Below, piece after piece: positions 59,591 through 64,000 of a DNA stretch of 64,000 bases. The stretch is from a virus: IMG/VR virus record IMGVR_UViG_3300044728_000136, one strand, 5' to 3'. A program made the position numbers and the translations under genes. The notes beneath the pieces were generated by a model, which was not told the origin of the DNA, did no database searches, and saw nothing but the letters and a program-made list of their open reading frames with translations. Each line of letters starts with the position of its first letter. Within the stretch, counting starts at the first letter, position 1.

Positions 59591-60867
59591 TGGAGGTTGA
59601 TCCCTTCCACGACCTTCGTGGGCTCTAAGGGTGGATCCGTTTGATGGAAGGTCATCAGGATGAAATCCCATGCGATGGAGAACTGTCCCACTTCACCATT
59701 ACGGCCCTTCATCACTTGGACCTTGCGGGACTTCATGGTTTCCACCGAATCTTCTTGGAACAGGGACAAGGCAATACTACTGATCTGCCCGATGGCATCC
59801 GAATAACCGATGTCTTCCAAGTCCCCCTGCTCCCCTTTGTTCTTCTTCTGCTTCTTACTGGCTTCGCGGTTGAACTGCCAGCTACACACCGAGATCATCT
59901 CTTGGTCCGTGCAGGCGCGTTTGATTAGCTCGACGTTCTCTGCCGCTCGGGTGTAGCGGTCCAACCGGGAATTGTTGTGGCGTAAGAGATAGGCCCCATC
60001 AATCATGACGATGCGACACTCTAACATCTCCGCGAGTGCGAACAAGTCCTCGACGTTGGACGTGAGGTTGCCATCCACCACATAGAGTTTGGCCTTTTCA
60101 AACGTCAATCCTTTCAGTCCTGCCCCAAACTTGGTCAAGGTGCTAGAACTGAAGCCGCTCATCTTCAACTGCTTGATGTTCTGATGGGTATACAGAGCCG
60201 TAATGCGCTGGATGATCGGGAGGACCATCATCTCCATCGAGACATACAGCACGTTCATCTTGCGCTCGGTCCAGTTGTGTAAGGCCGTCCACAAGGTGAG
60301 CCATGTCTTACCCACGGCGGGGCGACCCACGAACGAGATGACATCTCCCGGCATGATGCCCCCGGATTGGGTGTCCAGATAGGGCCAGCCGAACATAGCG
60401 ATAGACTCAGAGAGCGTGGACTGGTAGTAGGCTTGCATCACCAGTGACGCCCCTTCCTTCCCGACGTCTACAATGCGGAGGCGATACTTCTGCTCAGTAA
60501 TGGTCCGGATGGCTTTCCGTAAGATCTCCACCGACTGCTCATGGGCATTCGGCGCGTGCTTCAGGAGCGTTTGAGAATCGACGTTGGCTTTGTTCAGCAC
60601 GTCATAGAAGTATTGCTGCTCCAACAACGCGAGGTAATACTTGGAAGGCTCGGGAATCTCCACCGGAGCCAGATCTGGAAATTGCGCGTGCAACGTCTCC
60701 AACTGCGGGAGCACATGGAACTGTTTCAGGTGCTGGGCCACCCAATCATACATAGGTTGTTCATAGGGTTTGAACAGCACCATCGAGAGCTTGGCTTTGT
60801 GCCATGTCAGGGCGTTCTGCTCCTGACACAGCCGTTTCAGGACTTTCACGCCGAGTGCGTAAGACAT
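59581..60867 (-). CDS. dnaB: DnaB-type replicative helicase
   Basis: 428 aa. Walker A FVGRPAVGKTW, Walker B IVMIDGAYLL, and a RecA-like C-terminal half. Confidence 0.8.
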   Translation of the reverse strand: MSYALGVKVLKRLCQEQNALTWHKAKLSMVLFKPYEQPMYDWVAQHLKQFHVLPQLETLHAQFPDLAPVEIPEPSKYYLALLEQQYFYDVLNKANVDSQTLLKHAPNAHEQSVEILRKAIRTITEQKYRLRIVDVGKEGASLVMQAYYQSTLSESIAMFGWPYLDTQSGGIMPGDVISFVGRPAVGKTWLTLWTALHNWTERKMNVLYVSMEMMVLPIIQRITALYTHQNIKQLKMSGFSSSTLTKFGAGLKGLTFEKAKLYVVDGNLTSNVEDLFALAEMLECRIVMIDGAYLLRHNNSRLDRYTRAAENVELIKRACTDQEMISVCSWQFNREASKKQKKNKGEQGDLEDIGYSDAIGQISSIALSLFQEDSVETMKSRKVQVMKGRNGEVGQFSIAWDFILMTFHQTDPPLEPTKVVEGINLQWV

Positions 60868-60868
60868 T

Positions 60869-61312
60869 TTAAGTCTTTACCCACTGATTAGTGCCGACAA
60901 CCGCAGGAGTAGTGAGTGTGCGTTCAACGCTCCACCCTTGATAACTCAACCGATGACGAAGTGTTTCTCGATGCACACCAATCTCCTCTGCCCATGCAGG
61001 CAAAGATTGTGTTTTTCCATTAAATTTCAGCATACGAGTATTAGATCTGTTTCGTTGTTGTTCGGATCGTGTGGCCCATTTACAATTCCCCGGCTCATAC
61101 CCTTTTGTGTTGTCGATACGCTCTAACGTAGTTTCTTTGGGACGTTCACCCATGTCCTCTAGAAAATTCGTAAACACTAACCATCGATCACACATCCCCA
61201 GTTGGGCATAACGTAATCGCCACTTACATCGGACTTTCATCGATGCCCATGATTTATAAGTTGACGTGTAAGACATACCATGTCTTGATGCGTGCTCTGA
61301 CGCATAGGCCAT
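60869..61312 (-). CDS. homing-endonuclease-like protein, paralog of 48762..49250
   Basis: YKSWASMKVRC..FTNFLEDMGERP..YEPGNCKWATRSEQQRNR, plus a C-terminal HTH-like LPAWAEEIGVHRETLRHRL. Confidence 0.6.
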   Translation of the reverse strand: MAYASEHASRHGMSYTSTYKSWASMKVRCKWRLRYAQLGMCDRWLVFTNFLEDMGERPKETTLERIDNTKGYEPGNCKWATRSEQQRNRSNTRMLKFNGKTQSLPAWAEEIGVHRETLRHRLSYQGWSVERTLTTPAVVGTNQWVKT

Positions 61313-61845
61313 TACACCTCCACTTGGACAAAGCGGCTGAGGAAATCACGAAAGGGTTCGCCATACAGGCGCACCAGTCCTTCCATATTCTCGATGTAGA
61401 CCACCGTGGGCTTGTTGCGGATGGACCGCTCCAAGAGCAAGTCATACATGACCTGCACCCGCCATGCAGGGACGTTCTTGCCCATGGCGGTCATGAACAG
61501 ATTGGGGATCAGCAACACGGTGGGGGAGGGGACGCTCCCATTCGTGTAGTCCAACAGCGTGTTCAGAGGAATGACGCGAGCATCCACGAAGTTACGGACC
61601 AGTGCCGCCGCGATGGACTGGCACCGGGTATCGGGACGCTTGATGCCCAACAGGACGAGCCCGGGCACCCCCTCTTTCTTGAAGGTCCAAAATTTCTTCA
61701 CCCACTCCACTTCCAACGGTCCACAGTAGGTCGTCATCGATTCATAGAGGAAGTGCCCTTGGATCCCAGCGATGGTACACACCCGCTCAAAATCCGCAAT
61801 GATGCGCGAGTGTTCCTTGGCGTCCAACAATCCTTGTGTCATCAC
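61312..61845 (-). CDS. hypothetical protein (positional candidate for a helicase loader)
   Basis: ORF track, 177 aa. The function is a guess from position upstream of dnaB only. Confidence 0.5.
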   Translation of the reverse strand: MMTQGLLDAKEHSRIIADFERVCTIAGIQGHFLYESMTTYCGPLEVEWVKKFWTFKKEGVPGLVLLGIKRPDTRCQSIAAALVRNFVDARVIPLNTLLDYTNGSVPSPTVLLIPNLFMTAMGKNVPAWRVQVMYDLLLERSIRNKPTVVYIENMEGLVRLYGEPFRDFLSRFVQVEV

Positions 61846-61853
61846 CGTACTCC

Positions 61854-62978
61854 TTACGGAGATTCGAAGCTCCCTTGTGGGGGTGTGAGATCGGCCATGA
61901 ACTGGTCAAACTCCGCTTGTGTCATCTGATGAGGCGTCTCATCAGGTGCAACCAATTGCATGGGGGGCGTCACCTCGGGGGAGGGGGGTGGCGTCATGAC
62001 CTGTAGCAGGGACTTCTCTAGCAATTCCACGGCCACATGGTGATGGGCTAAGAGGTAGCCGGTATGTGGTTCCTCGGGCCAACTCCCATGCCCTGCTCGG
62101 AACCCTGCGGTGCTCGCAAACTGCCACCAATGCTCAATAGCATAGGTGAGGACCGGGCGTACCGCGATGCCCGCGTCACCCAACTTCTTGGACAACAGCT
62201 TCAACTGTCCGGTTTCCTTGGCGGTCAGGGCTTTCTGAAAGCCTTCCTTCACCAGCGCACACCGGGACTTCCAGAAGCTCGGCAGACTCCCCTCGACTGC
62301 CGCCGTGTGTGCCTTCAGGGCGTCTGCTGCTTTCATAAACCCCCCTACCCTGAGTGTACCAGTTTCCGCTACCTCAGCCGTAGCTATATTTTCTTCTCTC
62401 TCTGTCTCTACTGTTTCTATTGTCTTTACTGTCTTGTTCTTCTCTTCTCTCTCCCCCGAGATCACTTCTGGATCTCTCTCCGTCGCTCTTGTGTTTACAC
62501 AAAGAACTTCTTTATCTTCTCTCTCTGCTTGTACTCTCTGTACACGGGTACGGTCCTTGGGGGACCATTGCTCTGGTCCGTGGAGGACTTTACTCGGGCG
62601 GTCAGGGATGTCGGCGGCACGAATGCGGTCCAGACAGAGCCTCACATGGGTCTGGGTGAGACGTTGGAACTGCATTCGGCGCACTTCCACGATCCCCTTG
62701 TTCTTGAGGATGGTGATCGCCCGTTTGTACTGCTTCAGGGTGAGCCCTGTCTCCGCCATCCACTGGACTCGCGTCTTGGCGATGTAGCGGTGTCCGTCCT
62801 CCCGGCACAGGATGCCCCCCTTGAGCTTCCCAGTGGCGTCAGGAAGGGACCAGAAGACAATCTGGGCCAGTAGGGTGCCGGTCACCACGTCCCCCGCCAA
62901 GACGATACAGTCCAGTCGCCCGGGATACCATGCGTGTTCCACCATGGGTTTCTCCATCCGTACCAGACACAAGGCCAT
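61854..62978 (-). CDS. hypothetical DNA-binding/replication-initiator-like protein
   Basis: Trimmed to ATG 62978 (GGAG + 5 nt). LTLKQYKRAITILKNKGIVEVRR is wHTH-like, followed by an acidic middle region. Confidence 0.5.
   Translation of the reverse strand: MALCLVRMEKPMVEHAWYPGRLDCIVLAGDVVTGTLLAQIVFWSLPDATGKLKGGILCREDGHRYIAKTRVQWMAETGLTLKQYKRAITILKNKGIVEVRRMQFQRLTQTHVRLCLDRIRAADIPDRPSKVLHGPEQWSPKDRTRVQRVQAEREDKEVLCVNTRATERDPEVISGEREEKNKTVKTIETVETEREENIATAEVAETGTLRVGGFMKAADALKAHTAAVEGSLPSFWKSRCALVKEGFQKALTAKETGQLKLLSKKLGDAGIAVRPVLTYAIEHWWQFASTAGFRAGHGSWPEEPHTGYLLAHHHVAVELLEKSLLQVMTPPPSPEVTPPMQLVAPDETPHQMTQAEFDQFMADLTPPQGSFESP
61947..61960. repeat. 14-bp quasi-palindrome copy TGCAACCAATTGCA (1 mismatch)
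   Basis: Inside CDS 61854..62978 (codes MQLVA). Confidence 0.65.
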
Positions 62979-63030
62979 GATTGCTCCATGGACGAAAAGC
63001 CCTCTGGGGGGTGAGCCCAGAGAGCCATTG

Positions 63031-63044
63031 TGCAACTGATTGCA
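63031..63044. repeat. 14-bp quasi-palindrome copy TGCAACTGATTGCA (1 mismatch)
   Basis: Intergenic, ~50 nt upstream of ATG 62978. Confidence 0.65.
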
Positions 63045-63136
63045 AAGTGCCGGGTAAAGGCATTCCCCAGCTTGAGGATTTCAACCAACTGGATACAGAC
63101 CTTACAGCCCGTATCCACGTTCCTCTTTCCCCGTGA

Positions 63137-63271
63137 TCAATGGGGCAGGCTTAGAGACGCATCAAGGTGGCGAACCACGATGATCAGCGCCCACAACACT
63201 TCTTCCTGTTTCCGATCCGTTGGAGAAGCCAGAATTCTTCTGGCCTCTTCCAACGTCATGGTCGAGTACAT
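63137..63271 (-). CDS. small ORF (44 aa)
   Basis: Own translation: MYSTMTLEEARRILASPTDRKQEEVLWALIIVVRHLDASLSLPH. The ATG directly follows the upstream TAG. Confidence 0.35.
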   Translation of the reverse strand: MYSTMTLEEARRILASPTDRKQEEVLWALIIVVRHLDASLSLPH

Positions 63272-64000
63272 CTACGCGGCTACACCGATCCGCTTGTGCA
63301 AGTAGTCGAACGCCTTGATGAGCGGAGCCGCTGTCACGGTCATGAACCGATCCAGCAACGCCCGCATCCGTGACTTGGGCTTCGCTTCCGCTGCCAACCG
63401 CCCCAGAATCTGGTCCAGACTTTCCCGATTGACCATCATCCGTTCGTAGAGGTTCTGGCTCCGTCGATCCAGATAGCTCGTGGCTCCGAGACTCGCCAGT
63501 TCTTCCCGCGTCTTGCCCCAGTAGGCCATCGTCGGGTAGAACTTGATCTTGTACTCGTTGCTACCGAACTGACGGACGGCCACGATGCCTTCATCGCTCT
63601 TGACCGCTGCCACCAGATACGTGTTGCTCGTGGAGAGCCCGTGCATCACGCGCAGCAACTCGATGCCCTTCTGACCGTGGACACCCACCGTCGCCAAGTC
63701 CAGCCGCACGCGATGGCCGTTGACACGCGGGGCCACCTTATCCAGTTCCGGATCCTCGGCTTCGTCCGTCACCTGTGCTACGGACTCTTCGACCATCTGA
63801 TCATCCACGTCGGCAATCGCCACCTTGGCCTTCTTGACGCGGGCCTTGATGGTGGACCGGACCAGCGGAGCAAGGCCCTTGGCCATTTCCTTGGCCTTCC
63901 GCTCGGACAGACCCAGCTTGATCAGCTTGGCTTCCAGTTTCCCCGTGACCGTGCCTGACACCTTCTGTCGGGCCGCTGTGGGGGCGAGGCCCTTGGCGAC
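63272..64000 (-). CDS. hypothetical protein (probably partial, frame open to window end)
   Basis: Track ORF 63272..63961 starts at GTG, but the same frame has no stop up to base 64000. Confidence 0.5.
   Translation of the reverse strand, partial: VAKGLAPTAARQKVSGTVTGKLEAKLIKLGLSERKAKEMAKGLAPLVRSTIKARVKKAKVAIADVDDQMVEESVAQVTDEAEDPELDKVAPRVNGHRVRLDLATVGVHGQKGIELLRVMHGLSTSNTYLVAAVKSDEGIVAVRQFGSNEYKIKFYPTMAYWGKTREELASLGATSYLDRRSQNLYERMMVNRESLDQILGRLAAEAKPKSRMRALLDRFMTVTAAPLIKAFDYLHKRIGVAA

Noticed and set aside
1524-62873. Long plus-strand track ORFs opposite minus-strand genes, for example 1524..2411, 3562..4302, 8233..9054, 21514..22209, 35076..36230, 46501..47433, 61243..61929 and 62064..62873.
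   Set aside because: All lie antisense to genes with recognisable motifs or coupled starts. They are Arg/His/Gly/Leu-rich, lack an SD, and no promoter points that way.
1-64000. Prophage boundaries, integrase or host flanks.
   Set aside because: Gene content is phage-like from end to end. No recombinase or integrase motif was recognised, and both edge ORFs are open, so the element continues beyond the window.

Overview
This window reads as an interior segment of a large tailed dsDNA phage or prophage genome. No host genes or integrase are visible. Apart from a two-gene plus-strand island at 32.5-33.3 kb, all convincing genes are on the minus strand, tightly packed, and often joined by ATGA/TAATG start-stop overlaps with AAGGAG(TG) ribosome-binding sites. 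Reading right to left there are four blocks. (1) A replication and recombination block: replication initiator-like protein, DnaB, primase, gp32-like SSB, SF2 helicase, RecA-like protein, Cas4-like and RuvC nucleases, with three homing-endonuclease-like insertions. (2) An MTase-TerL pair followed by two glycoside hydrolases. (3) A 22-32 kb field of small genes behind many consensus sigma70-type promoters, several apparently leaderless. (4) Tail fibres (including a 1546-aa repeat-rich fibre), two polyvalent effector proteins (ADP-ribosyltransferase, HD, Cys-peptidase) and an accessory island. That island holds a PPDK-like dikinase lacking its pyruvate domain, two CX5R phosphatases, a CsrA-like protein and a bL12-CTD fusion, and ends in a partial family-A DNA polymerase at the window edge. 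The two strongest signals are a 14-bp quasi-palindrome, TGCAAT-(TG/CA)-ATTGCA, present 24 times about every 2.7 kb in coding and non-coding DNA, and the dikinase/phosphatase island. Other notable items are a ~540-bp ORF-free, hairpin-dense region, a PEP-CTERM moron, a RapZ-C-only gene and a Spo11/TopoVI-A-like gene. All calls rest on reading the sequence and on remembered family motifs. No searches were run.
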